Assembly (NCBI GenBank): GCA_018003515.1
Contig: JAGNDO010000020.1
Span: 6,742-70,741 of the forward strand
DNA from: Caldilineaceae bacterium
GTDB taxonomy: Bacteria; Chloroflexota; Anaerolineae; Caldilineales; Caldilineaceae
Length of the DNA stretch: 64,000 nt
Direction of reading: 5' to 3'
In this document: positions 36,589 through 46,111 of the stretch, piece after piece
Layout: the number at the start of each line of letters is the position of its first letter
Numbering within the stretch: position 1 is the first letter of the stretch
The notes under the pieces: generated by a model
What the model was told of the DNA's origin: nothing
The model's database searches: none
The model's input: only the letters and a program-made list of their open reading frames with translations
Translations under genes and position numbers: made by a program

Positions 36589-36848
36589 TGGTGCCTCCCT
36601 TGGCTTGTGGGATTGGCCTTCGCCAATCCAGAAAAAATGCTCAACCTTCCAAAAACAGAACTGACCGGCGGACAACCGGTCAGATTCAGTATACAGCATC
36701 GACGGGTGGGACAAAAACCCGGAGAATTCGTTCGTCCCTGCCTCATCGCGTGGTTCCCCCGGCGGGGGTTTGATGGCATTTGGGTATGGGGGCGCATAAG
36801 TCAAGGGGCTTCCTTTGGGAGGATGGGGAAGCGTTTGATCTATCCCGT

Positions 36849-37367
36849 CTACGGCTTGCGATCCGCCGGAATATAGGGGATAAACCCCTGATCGAATGCC
36901 TGTTCCTGGACCTCACGGGGCATAGAGCGGATGTCCCGGATCAAGCCATTGACCTCCAGCATCCACACCAGGGGGTTGCTGTCCAGCTTGCTGGGCAGGG
37001 TCCAATCCGGGTCTAGCTGGGACATGCCGAACAGGTCACGGATCTGCTTGGACCTGCTGACCCCGGTACTCTTCTTGAAGCCAAAGGCGGCGCACAGATC
37101 CTCTGCCTTCATGAAGGGCTTGCTGTTTTTATCAAACAGGAAATTGACCGTGCCCAGGACATAGACGATGCCACAAGCCCAACTCCCCGGCTTCCCGCTC
37201 AGGAGGGGGGACGGGCGCTTGCGTCCCAAGGCCGCGGCCAGTTGGCGGGCCAGGGTAGCGTACTCATCGTTCAGGTGTTGACGGCAGACGGCGTCGGTCA
37301 GGTCGATGATGGCCTGATAGGCTGGTTCTACAGCCCTGGGGACGGATTCGGATTTATTGGTGGGCAT
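36849..37367 (-). CDS. Conserved hypothetical protein (DUF6398-like)
   Basis: 172-aa ORF with good coding look. The family assignment is from memory of similar sequences only. Confidence 0.5.
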   Translation of the reverse strand: MPTNKSESVPRAVEPAYQAIIDLTDAVCRQHLNDEYATLARQLAAALGRKRPSPLLSGKPGSWACGIVYVLGTVNFLFDKNSKPFMKAEDLCAAFGFKKSTGVSRSKQIRDLFGMSQLDPDWTLPSKLDSNPLVWMLEVNGLIRDIRSMPREVQEQAFDQGFIPYIPADRKP

Positions 37368-37422
37368 GGGGTGGGGTCCTTGGGTTGGGTGGGGTGGTTG
37401 TGAATAGGCCTGTTAGAATCAT

Positions 37423-38148
37423 TTACGGGAGATGTTTTTCGATGATTTCCTTGATGTATGCGGGTACGTCTTTTTGAAGCTCCAACGTCCGCCTCTTAAG
37501 TCGATCATAGACGTCAACTTCATCTCCTGACCAAATAAGATCGACCCGTCTAACTTCTCGCATTGCAACATGATCGTAGTCTTCAGGATAGGCCCAATAG
37601 CACTTGAGGCAGACGTTCGGATTCCTCAGTTCCAGCCAATTGGCACAATGTTCACACGACCACGATTTGGCCCGGTTTGCACTTCCCGAAAGCAGCATGT
37701 ACATGGCCGGATTCTCGGTGACATCGAGATCGTCGCCAATCACCTCAAAGGGAATCCGATGATCAATTTGAAGATCTTGCTCATCAAAGTCCTCCAGGTA
37801 AATTGCACAGCGGCTACCATCTCGCTCAATTAATTGTTGCTTCAGTTTTCGGGTGAAGGCTGTTCGACCACTCAATTTGCTGAAACGGGCCTTCTTGAAA
37901 TCACCGAATCTATAGGCTCCAATACTTCGACCATCTGTTCCAGTGACACGAAATGTCTCCAAAGGAATACCCTGTTCCCGGACATCACGGGCAGCACGTG
38001 GCGGATGATTATAGCCGTAGGTATCGCGTAGTTCTTCGGTAGTGACGTATCCGTGTTCCAGAATGTGCTCGATCACGGTACGAGGGCGTTTGGCCGTCAC
38101 AGCCTTACACCTTTTCAAAAACTCCTCAGGCAAATCCTGTTCACTCAT
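37423..38148 (-). CDS. HNH endonuclease with N-terminal wHTH-like domain (putative restriction endonuclease)
   Basis: HNH-type motif LQIDHRIPFEV...SGSANRAKSWSCEHC...CLKC. ATGA overlap with the stop of the upstream methyltransferase gene. Confidence 0.7.
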   Translation of the reverse strand: MSEQDLPEEFLKRCKAVTAKRPRTVIEHILEHGYVTTEELRDTYGYNHPPRAARDVREQGIPLETFRVTGTDGRSIGAYRFGDFKKARFSKLSGRTAFTRKLKQQLIERDGSRCAIYLEDFDEQDLQIDHRIPFEVIGDDLDVTENPAMYMLLSGSANRAKSWSCEHCANWLELRNPNVCLKCYWAYPEDYDHVAMREVRRVDLIWSGDEVDVYDRLKRRTLELQKDVPAYIKEIIEKHLP

Positions 38149-39071
38149 ATACGTCTCTCCAGAAGGCAAAGCTGTTCCCCGCGTGTATATCGATAAACAA
38201 ACGGAATGCTCGAAAGTTGATCCGCTAAGGCTGGCGACAGATATAATGACTCAATCGTCACATCATTGCGACCTAGCAATGTGGCTTGGGAAGATCTGCC
38301 AGCATCAAGCTCGATCAGCGTAAGGTTGAGTTCGTCAGGAAGAGCCTCACCATAGACTTTGTCACCTGTTCGCCCGTCGTAGCTCACTAAGTACCGAATT
38401 CCTCTATGATTTAGTTCGTCAAGAGCCTCAATAAACTCAGATACATCAACCGACTCCAAATACCGGGAATCTCGATTTCCACAGACCCCCTGGTAAGGTG
38501 GATCCATATACACCAAATCATCAGGTTGCGCTTCTTTGAGCATCACGCGGTAGTCCACCGAAGAGACTGATGTTCTTCCCTTCAGAAGACGTGAGGCGCC
38601 AAGCAATTGAAGTCGCATAGTTTCTGGCTTCATACCTTTACGGCGATTATCTGCGCTCTGATTGAACTGCCCTTGAGAGTTGTACCGTACAGAAGCTTTC
38701 ACACATCGCGCCAAAAGATAGAGAAAGAGAGCAGGATTGCCTGTGCTGTTGAACTCCTCTCGGACACGCGTATAGTACGCTTTTGGATCATCGAGTTGCT
38801 CCAGCCAGAGCCGTTTGTACTCGGCATATACATAATCTGGATTATCAATGATTTGCCGCCACAGAGCCATCAATGGCCCATTCAGATCATTGACCCGATA
38901 CTTTTTGGCTATATTATTTGCTGCTGAGGCGATAGTAATTGCCAAAGATCCCCCGAATGGTTCGTAAAGAACCCTCACATTCGAGGGAAAGTATCTAAAG
39001 ATCTCCCCAGCCAAATTTCTCTTGCTTCCCTGGTATGGGATTGGATGTGGCAGTGTTGTCTTCTGCTTCAT
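38145..39071 (-). CDS. Dam-family (D12 class) N6-adenine DNA methyltransferase
   Basis: The N-terminus is IPYQGSKRNLAGEI. Motif I is EPFGGS and motif IV is DPPY (VYMDPPYQG). Confidence 0.85.
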   Translation of the reverse strand: MKQKTTLPHPIPYQGSKRNLAGEIFRYFPSNVRVLYEPFGGSLAITIASAANNIAKKYRVNDLNGPLMALWRQIIDNPDYVYAEYKRLWLEQLDDPKAYYTRVREEFNSTGNPALFLYLLARCVKASVRYNSQGQFNQSADNRRKGMKPETMRLQLLGASRLLKGRTSVSSVDYRVMLKEAQPDDLVYMDPPYQGVCGNRDSRYLESVDVSEFIEALDELNHRGIRYLVSYDGRTGDKVYGEALPDELNLTLIELDAGRSSQATLLGRNDVTIESLYLSPALADQLSSIPFVYRYTRGEQLCLLERRI

Positions 39072-39174
39072 ACGTTTTCACTTTCTGTTCCGAACGGCGG
39101 ATAAATGCTCATCCGTCAATACCATAACTCACGGAGGGGTGGGCAATCTGCATCACACGACGCAGAGTCTCATA

Positions 39175-39624
39175 TTAGGTCTTGCGAAACCATATTGGAT
39201 GTGCGACGACGACTCCCGCATCTCTGTCAAGATAAACCGTGTAGCCTGACAACACCTTAAGATCACCAGAGAGTTTCAGCACAAGATTGCCAGCGACAAA
39301 ACCATTGGAAACCGGCTCCTCAAAGGATAAAAGTAGCTGACCGTCTCGGACACGACCCACATACTTAAAAGTGCGTGAGAGCGTTTTTCCACTTCGGCTC
39401 GTTGTTCGTGTGACATCGGCAACAATTCGGTTCCCTCGTTGTCTCAATATAGCGGCACCGACTGCCACTACTTTATCCTCGGAATCGAAAAAGGACCATT
39501 GACCACTCAATTTTGGTGCATGATACCACCATGCAGAGAAAAATGGTGTTAGTAAGCGGAAAAGAAGCCAAGAAGTTACTGACAGAAAAATACCAGCACC
39601 AACACTGATTAGGAAGTCGTTCAT
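39175..39624 (-). CDS. Membrane-anchored hypothetical protein
   Basis: ATG 39624 lies 4 nt after the stop of the MNT gene. It has an N-terminal hydrophobic helix followed by a beta-rich soluble part. No motif recognised. Confidence 0.5.
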   Translation of the reverse strand: MNDFLISVGAGIFLSVTSWLLFRLLTPFFSAWWYHAPKLSGQWSFFDSEDKVVAVGAAILRQRGNRIVADVTRTTSRSGKTLSRTFKYVGRVRDGQLLLSFEEPVSNGFVAGNLVLKLSGDLKVLSGYTVYLDRDAGVVVAHPIWFRKT

Positions 39625-39628
39625 GGGT

Positions 39629-39982
39629 TCAATACCTAATTTTGACTGGCTTTGAATTGACATTCTTCTCGGCTGTCCAGATAATCTGAGCCGAGTTCAA
39701 AATCCCCCTACGCCGAATCCAGTTATGACTTCCCTCAACGGCGCGCTGGCTGACCAGATCGACGTCACGCCCAAATATCTCGCTTAACTCGTTCTCGATC
39801 TGGATATGGTCCAGCAATCCCGGACGGGCCTGAACATTGAACATGACCAAAAGGTCAATGTCGCTGGAATCGGTGAAATCTTCCCCCAGGGCTGAACCGA
39901 ACAGCGCAAGTTGACGGATATTCCACCGTCGGCAAAGTTCTGAAATGGCTGTGTGGGGAATACTTTCGACAAATGCGCCCAT
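39629..39982 (-). CDS. MNT-type minimal nucleotidyltransferase (antitoxin-like, Pol-beta superfamily)
   Basis: ATG 39982 is preceded by GAAGGAGG. It carries the GSALGEDFTDSSDIDLLV motif. Confidence 0.75.
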   Translation of the reverse strand: MGAFVESIPHTAISELCRRWNIRQLALFGSALGEDFTDSSDIDLLVMFNVQARPGLLDHIQIENELSEIFGRDVDLVSQRAVEGSHNWIRRRGILNSAQIIWTAEKNVNSKPVKIRY

Positions 39983-40079
39983 TGATACCTCCTTCGACTC
40001 AACGATAGGGGTTTGGGTGGTCCGGCACGAATCTCGCCTTTCCGGCGAGATTTGTGCCAGGCCACCCAAACCCCTACTA

Positions 40080-41786
<1,707 letters not shown>

Positions 41787-41891
41787 AATTATGTCTCCTG
41801 GAAATGGGGCTAAACGGTGGTTAATGAGGTTGACTTGCGAGGAAATTATACCAGTGTACAGCAAAAATGGGGAACAGACCGGACACCTGCT

Positions 41892-41984
41892 CGTTCCCAC
41901 GCTCCGCGTGGGAATGCCCAGTCGGCGCTCTGCGCCGAGGACGCAGGAGCGTCCGCTTTCATTCCCACGCGGAGCATGGGAACG
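41892..41984. repeat. REP-like compound palindrome (CGTTCCCACGCTCCGCGTGGGAATG ... CATTCCCACGCGGAGCATGGGAACG)
   Basis: Read directly; lies between the sortase stop and the ilvD start. Confidence 0.7.
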
Positions 41985-41996
41985 AGGATGGCGCTG

Positions 41997-42599
41997 CTAC
42001 CGCATCTGCGAGGCTGAGGAGGGGACACGAGTGGGCGCTGGCACCACCTCCGGCACGACGGGATGGGCCACCAAAATCAAGCGGTGGGTGTTGGCCCAAC
42101 TGGGCCAACACGTCACCAAGGTAATCCGTTCATCGGGGAAGGGACCGATCCAGCGGGCGTTTTCCCGGCGGGTTTCCTGGCCGACGCCAATCTCACGCAA
42201 GAGCATCCGTTCGCTGACTTCATAGTCCAGGGTCTGCTTGCCCACGGTGACGGTCAGGCGATCCCCCACGGCCACATCTTTGAGATTGCGGAAGACCTTG
42301 CCTTCGATGTTGTGATGGCCGATCAGCACGGCGTTGCCCATGCGGCTCGGCGGCGTGGACGTGGTCAGCCAGCCCGCGGCCTCCTGCGGCACATCCCAAG
42401 TCGTGCCCTCTTTTGTTGAAATCCACCCCACGGCAAGGATAGACGTATCGAGGTCAATCGATGGGATCTGCAAGCGACTGGGGGGCGGTGGGGGCGCATC
42501 AGCGGGCCGAGATTGGGCCAACGCAGAAGGGCCACCCATCAACAAGAGGGCAGCCACGATTAAGATCAGGCTAAATTTGCGAAAGAAACGAGCCATCAT
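41997..42599 (-). CDS. Sortase family transpeptidase
   Basis: Has an N-terminal membrane anchor, the catalytic-His context AVLIGHHN, the TLVTCWP Cys motif and a downstream Arg. Confidence 0.8.
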   Translation of the reverse strand: MMARFFRKFSLILIVAALLLMGGPSALAQSRPADAPPPPPSRLQIPSIDLDTSILAVGWISTKEGTTWDVPQEAAGWLTTSTPPSRMGNAVLIGHHNIEGKVFRNLKDVAVGDRLTVTVGKQTLDYEVSERMLLREIGVGQETRRENARWIGPFPDERITLVTCWPSWANTHRLILVAHPVVPEVVPAPTRVPSSASQMR

Positions 42600-42773
42600 C
42601 GACACCTGGTTTACGACCTTCCCGGAATGGGCCACAAACTCTCGCTTGACGAAAGATCTGCTGGCCCATTCCGGGAAGATGCCTCCGTCCCCGACGCCGC
42701 CTGCACCAAGCAGCGTGCGCTCTCCCGATCCCTGCTGGCCAGGAACATGAAGCGCCGGAGACAGGGATCTCAG

Positions 42774-43679
42774 CTATGAAACGTTGACACCCTCACGGCG
42801 GCGACGCACCACCCACACGATGGAGAGGACCACCAGCCCGGACGCTACGGTCATCCACAAAACGCCGACCACCATCAACCCACCGGTGACGGGCAAGCCT
42901 TCCGGCGCGCCGCCCAGATAGAAGGAGCGGGCGTTCATGGCCTGGACCGGGCGGTAGTTGTCCGCGTGCAGGGCGGTGTAAGCCGCCTGTTGGCCCGCGG
43001 AAATCGTGACCGCATTGGCCATCACAAACCACTTCACCCCCTCGGTGCAGGGAGGGGTGGTCAGGGAGCCATCATAGCGATAGTAGGAGCGGTCCACGGG
43101 CAGAACATCCCCGGCGCTGACGGTCGCACCGGCCACAGCGACCGGATCACCCTTTTCGGCGGGCATGTTGGCGAAGACCGGCTCAAGAGCCACGTTGGCA
43201 TCGCCTTCTTTCAGCATCACACCCACCACGGCCAATTGGCCAGCGGCGTTGCCATGCACAAAATGGGCTTCCATGGGCGAATGCTGACCAGCGACCGTGT
43301 GTTCGCTGTCACCGTGGAAGTGGAACTGGAGCAGTTGGTAGTCCATGCCGTCAATGGTGATGGTGCTGCCAGCATCATAGTTGGCCTGAATGGTATGGCC
43401 GTTGTTGACGACAGTCAGCGCGCTGGGGCTATAGTTGAAGACAATGTCCGCCGGGTTGACCGGTGCGCCGGCCGGAATATCAATCGGCGACTGCTGGAGA
43501 CCCGCGGAACAGGCGGCAAAATCAGGGCTCAATTCGCCCCAATGGGCGGGGCCTTCTTCGCCTTCATAGGTCCAATGGATCGTGGAGGCGAGGGCAACAA
43601 ACGTAATGGACAGAGTGAGCAAGAGGACAAGTCCCGCAATAGCGAGTTTTCTCACGGTGTTTTCCTTTCTAAAAAGCAT
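42774..43679 (-). CDS. Alpha-class carbonic anhydrase with signal peptide and C-terminal LPVTG cell-wall sorting signal
   Basis: Alpha-CA motifs are HWTYEG..GP.HW, QSPIDI, NNGHT, LQFHFH, EAHFVH and SLTTPPCTEGVKW. The C-terminus has LPVTG (42882-42896), a hydrophobic stretch and then RRRRE. Confidence 0.88.
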   Translation of the reverse strand: MLFRKENTVRKLAIAGLVLLLTLSITFVALASTIHWTYEGEEGPAHWGELSPDFAACSAGLQQSPIDIPAGAPVNPADIVFNYSPSALTVVNNGHTIQANYDAGSTITIDGMDYQLLQFHFHGDSEHTVAGQHSPMEAHFVHGNAAGQLAVVGVMLKEGDANVALEPVFANMPAEKGDPVAVAGATVSAGDVLPVDRSYYRYDGSLTTPPCTEGVKWFVMANAVTISAGQQAAYTALHADNYRPVQAMNARSFYLGGAPEGLPVTGGLMVVGVLWMTVASGLVVLSIVWVVRRRREGVNVS

Positions 43680-43882
43680 AGGCTGGAGGGTAGATAAGTA
43701 GCCACCTAAAGAGGAGAACAGATCGTCCTCATTAGGTGGCTACAGAGGTGGGACATGGAGAGCAACACAAGCGCATATTTTATCCCATCGCTTTATGGTT
43801 TGCAAACAAGAATTCTGCCCGACAGCAATACCCAATTGGGTCAGCATAGGGTAGAGACGCAAGATTTTGCGTCTCTACCCGT

Positions 43883-44221
43883 TCACCGCCTATCCCCGTC
43901 CCCCTGAATGGCTCCCCGCTCCAAGCGGTCAAAGAGCTTGACGAGGTTGGCCTCGGCCACTTCGGCCAGGGTCAGGTCCAGGTCCGTGCAGATCTGGGTC
44001 AGATACCAGAGGACGTCCCCCAGCTCCTGCTTGAGGGCCTCCCGCTCGCTCTCGCCGATGACGCCGCCCTTGTCCCGGAAGATCTTCTTGACCTTCCCCG
44101 CCACCTCCCCGGCCTCGTTGACCAGGCCCAGGGTGGGGTAGACGATGGCATGGTCGGTCTTGATCAGGCTCCAGGTCTTGCGGGATTCGGTTTGATAGGT
44201 GTTGAAGTCGGTGATATCCAT
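43883..44221 (-). CDS. MazG-like nucleotide pyrophosphohydrolase
   Basis: Shows the EAGEVAGKVKK...ELGDVLWYL pattern. 112 aa from ATG 44221. Confidence 0.75.
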   Translation of the reverse strand: MDITDFNTYQTESRKTWSLIKTDHAIVYPTLGLVNEAGEVAGKVKKIFRDKGGVIGESEREALKQELGDVLWYLTQICTDLDLTLAEVAEANLVKLFDRLERGAIQGDGDRR

Positions 44222-44222
44222 A

Positions 44223-44753
44223 TTACTTGCGGTCGAACCAGGGCAACCCCATGCGGCCCAGGGCATTGCCCGCTTCCCGCTGGTGCATGATCACCCCGCC
44301 CAGGTGGGTGACGAAGAGCAGCATGAAGAGTTTGGATACAATGCCGTGGGTGGTGCGGGGTAGCACATCCTTGATCATGTCCGGGGACAGATTCTGAACG
44401 GGCAGGCTGAGGCCGCTGGCCAGGAGCATGGCCGGGCCGCTGGCCAACATCACCACCAGCACCCCATAGAGCAGAATGTGGTTCCACTTGAAGAGCTGTC
44501 TGCGTCCGCCGGTCAACTCCTTGGGGGCCGGGGGCCAGGGATCGACAAACCGCCAGACCAGCCGGGCCGCGGTCAAGACCAGCACAAGTACCCCGATGGT
44601 GGTGTGTATCTGATACATCTGATCCTGGGTGGCTCCGGCACCGATCCGGGTCATGACGAGGCCAAAGGCGGCCAGACCCAGAATCAGCAAGGCGCTGATC
44701 CAGTGCAGCCAAATGCTGACACGTCCATAAACTGCGCTTGTGTTTTTTGCCAT
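44223..44753 (-). CDS. Cytochrome b561-family membrane protein
   Basis: Four TM helices with conserved His positions (HWISALL..., H..IGV, H...Y, THLGGV..H). ATG 44753. Confidence 0.7.
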   Translation of the reverse strand: MAKNTSAVYGRVSIWLHWISALLILGLAAFGLVMTRIGAGATQDQMYQIHTTIGVLVLVLTAARLVWRFVDPWPPAPKELTGGRRQLFKWNHILLYGVLVVMLASGPAMLLASGLSLPVQNLSPDMIKDVLPRTTHGIVSKLFMLLFVTHLGGVIMHQREAGNALGRMGLPWFDRK

Positions 44754-44783
44754 GATGGGTTCCTTTCGGGTGGGTGAATGGAT

Positions 44784-44867
44784 GGGGTTTGGGATTGGGG
44801 ATTTGGGATTGGGGATTGGGGACAATACGCCGAATCCCCAATCCCAAATCCCAAACCCCCAATCCCC
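44784..44867. repeat. Word-palindrome (GGGGTTTGGGATTGGGGATTTGGGATTGGGGATTGGGG / mirror)
   Basis: Read directly. It abuts the rho stop codon. Confidence 0.8.
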
Positions 44868-45967
44868 TACTTCTTCGGATTCAGTCGCAGCAACAATTCC
44901 TCGTTGGTATCGGTCATGTCGATCAGCTTGAGCAGGCCGCGCAGGGCCGCGGCGGGATCGCCACCGGCCAGCCAGTTGCGCAGGGTGGCCAGGCGGCGCA
45001 TTTCGTCATCGGAATAGAGCAACTCTTCCCGGCGGGTGCCGCTGGCCAGGATGTTGAGGGCCGGGTAGATGCGGGCTTCGGCCAGTTCTCGGTCCAACAC
45101 GATCTCGCTGTTGCCCGTGGCCTTGAACTCCTCGAAGATGAAGTCATCCATGCGGGAGCCGGTCTCCACCAAAACCGTGGCGATCACCGTGACCGAGCCG
45201 CCATGTTCGATGTTCCGGGCCAGGCCAAAGAAGCGCCGGGGGATCTCCATGGCCTTGGCGTCGATACCCCCGGACATGGTGCGGTTGACCCCGGTGGTAC
45301 TCAGGTTGAAGGCCCGCACCAGCCGGGTCAGGCTGTCCACCAGCACCACCACATCCCGGCCACATTCCAACTCACAGCGGATGTGGGCCAAGGTCAGCTC
45401 GGCCAGACGCACATGCTCTTGCATGGGCTGGTCGCTGGAACTGGCCAACACTTCGGCGGGGACGTTGCGCCGGAAGTCTGTGACCTCCTCGGGCCGCTCG
45501 TCCACCAGCAGGACGATGATGCGGGTCTCCGGCTCTGTGGCGTGGATGGCTTGGGCCAATTCCTGCAAGATGCGGGTCTTGCCGGCCTTGGGTGGGGCCA
45601 CGATCAGCCCCCGGGTGCCTTTGCCCATGGGGGCCATCAACTCCACCATGCGCATGGTGGTGTTGCCCCCCTCCCCCAGGCGGAAACGCTCGGTCGGGCT
45701 GATGGCGATCAGCCGCTCGAAGCGGGTGCGGGCGTTGAATTTCTCCGGCGTCAGGCCGCAGATGCTCTCCACGGAGGCCAACTCCGGTCCCTTTTTGCCC
45801 GACTTCACACTGCCCGTCACCTCAACACCGTCCACCAGGCCAAACTCTTTGATCAGCTTGGGCGGCACAAGGACATCATCGGACAAGGGCTGGAACGAAA
45901 AGGCCGCATCCCGCAGATAGCCGCCGCTGCGACCGATGGTTTCGAGAATGCCGGTGGTTTGGGTCAT
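44867..45967 (-). CDS. rho: Transcription termination factor Rho (short form lacking the N-terminal helix bundle)
   Basis: It aligns by eye to E. coli Rho from about residue 52 onward (GILE..GYLR, PKAGKT, DERPEEVT, SLTR, GGS.T). Upstream in-frame codons are palindrome sequence. Confidence 0.9.
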   Translation of the reverse strand: MTQTTGILETIGRSGGYLRDAAFSFQPLSDDVLVPPKLIKEFGLVDGVEVTGSVKSGKKGPELASVESICGLTPEKFNARTRFERLIAISPTERFRLGEGGNTTMRMVELMAPMGKGTRGLIVAPPKAGKTRILQELAQAIHATEPETRIIVLLVDERPEEVTDFRRNVPAEVLASSSDQPMQEHVRLAELTLAHIRCELECGRDVVVLVDSLTRLVRAFNLSTTGVNRTMSGGIDAKAMEIPRRFFGLARNIEHGGSVTVIATVLVETGSRMDDFIFEEFKATGNSEIVLDRELAEARIYPALNILASGTRREELLYSDDEMRRLATLRNWLAGGDPAAALRGLLKLIDMTDTNEELLLRLNPKK

Positions 45968-45990
45968 GGTTGGTTGGGTTTCATTGAGAA

Positions 45991-46106
45991 TCGTGTATCG
46001 TGTATCGAGTATTTTAGCGTGGTTCAGTTCTTCGTGACGGTCGAAGGAACTGAATTGATCACGAAACGCCACAGCCACGCTAAAATACTCGATACACGAT
46101 ACTCGA
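45991..46106. repeat. Word-palindrome (TCGTGTATCGTGTATCGAGTATTTTAGCGTGG / mirror) with nested inner hairpin
   Basis: Read directly; lies between the rho start and the cimA stop. Its arms are shared with 51334-51403. Confidence 0.8.
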
Positions 46107-46111
46107 TAGAA

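Noticed and set aside
36589-36804. N-terminal extensions of track ORFs (36163..36804; likewise 3685..4938, 40080..41900, 41997..42635, 43883..44266, 44223..44825, 44867..46078, 47763..48710, 54824..56311, 56566..57198, 25823..28561, 20387..21379, 15414..16031, 15970..16491)
   Set aside because: In each case an internal start reproduces the canonical family N-terminus or has a better Shine-Dalgarno context. The extension runs through palindromic or repeat DNA or through the upstream gene.
44784-46106. CRISPR-like arrays suggested by repeated short words (also 9240-9328, 27556-27645, 62261-62300)
   Set aside because: The repeats are 6-9-bp words arranged as two mirror arms of a single hairpin. 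They are not 25-40-bp direct repeats separated by unique spacers, and no cas genes are present.
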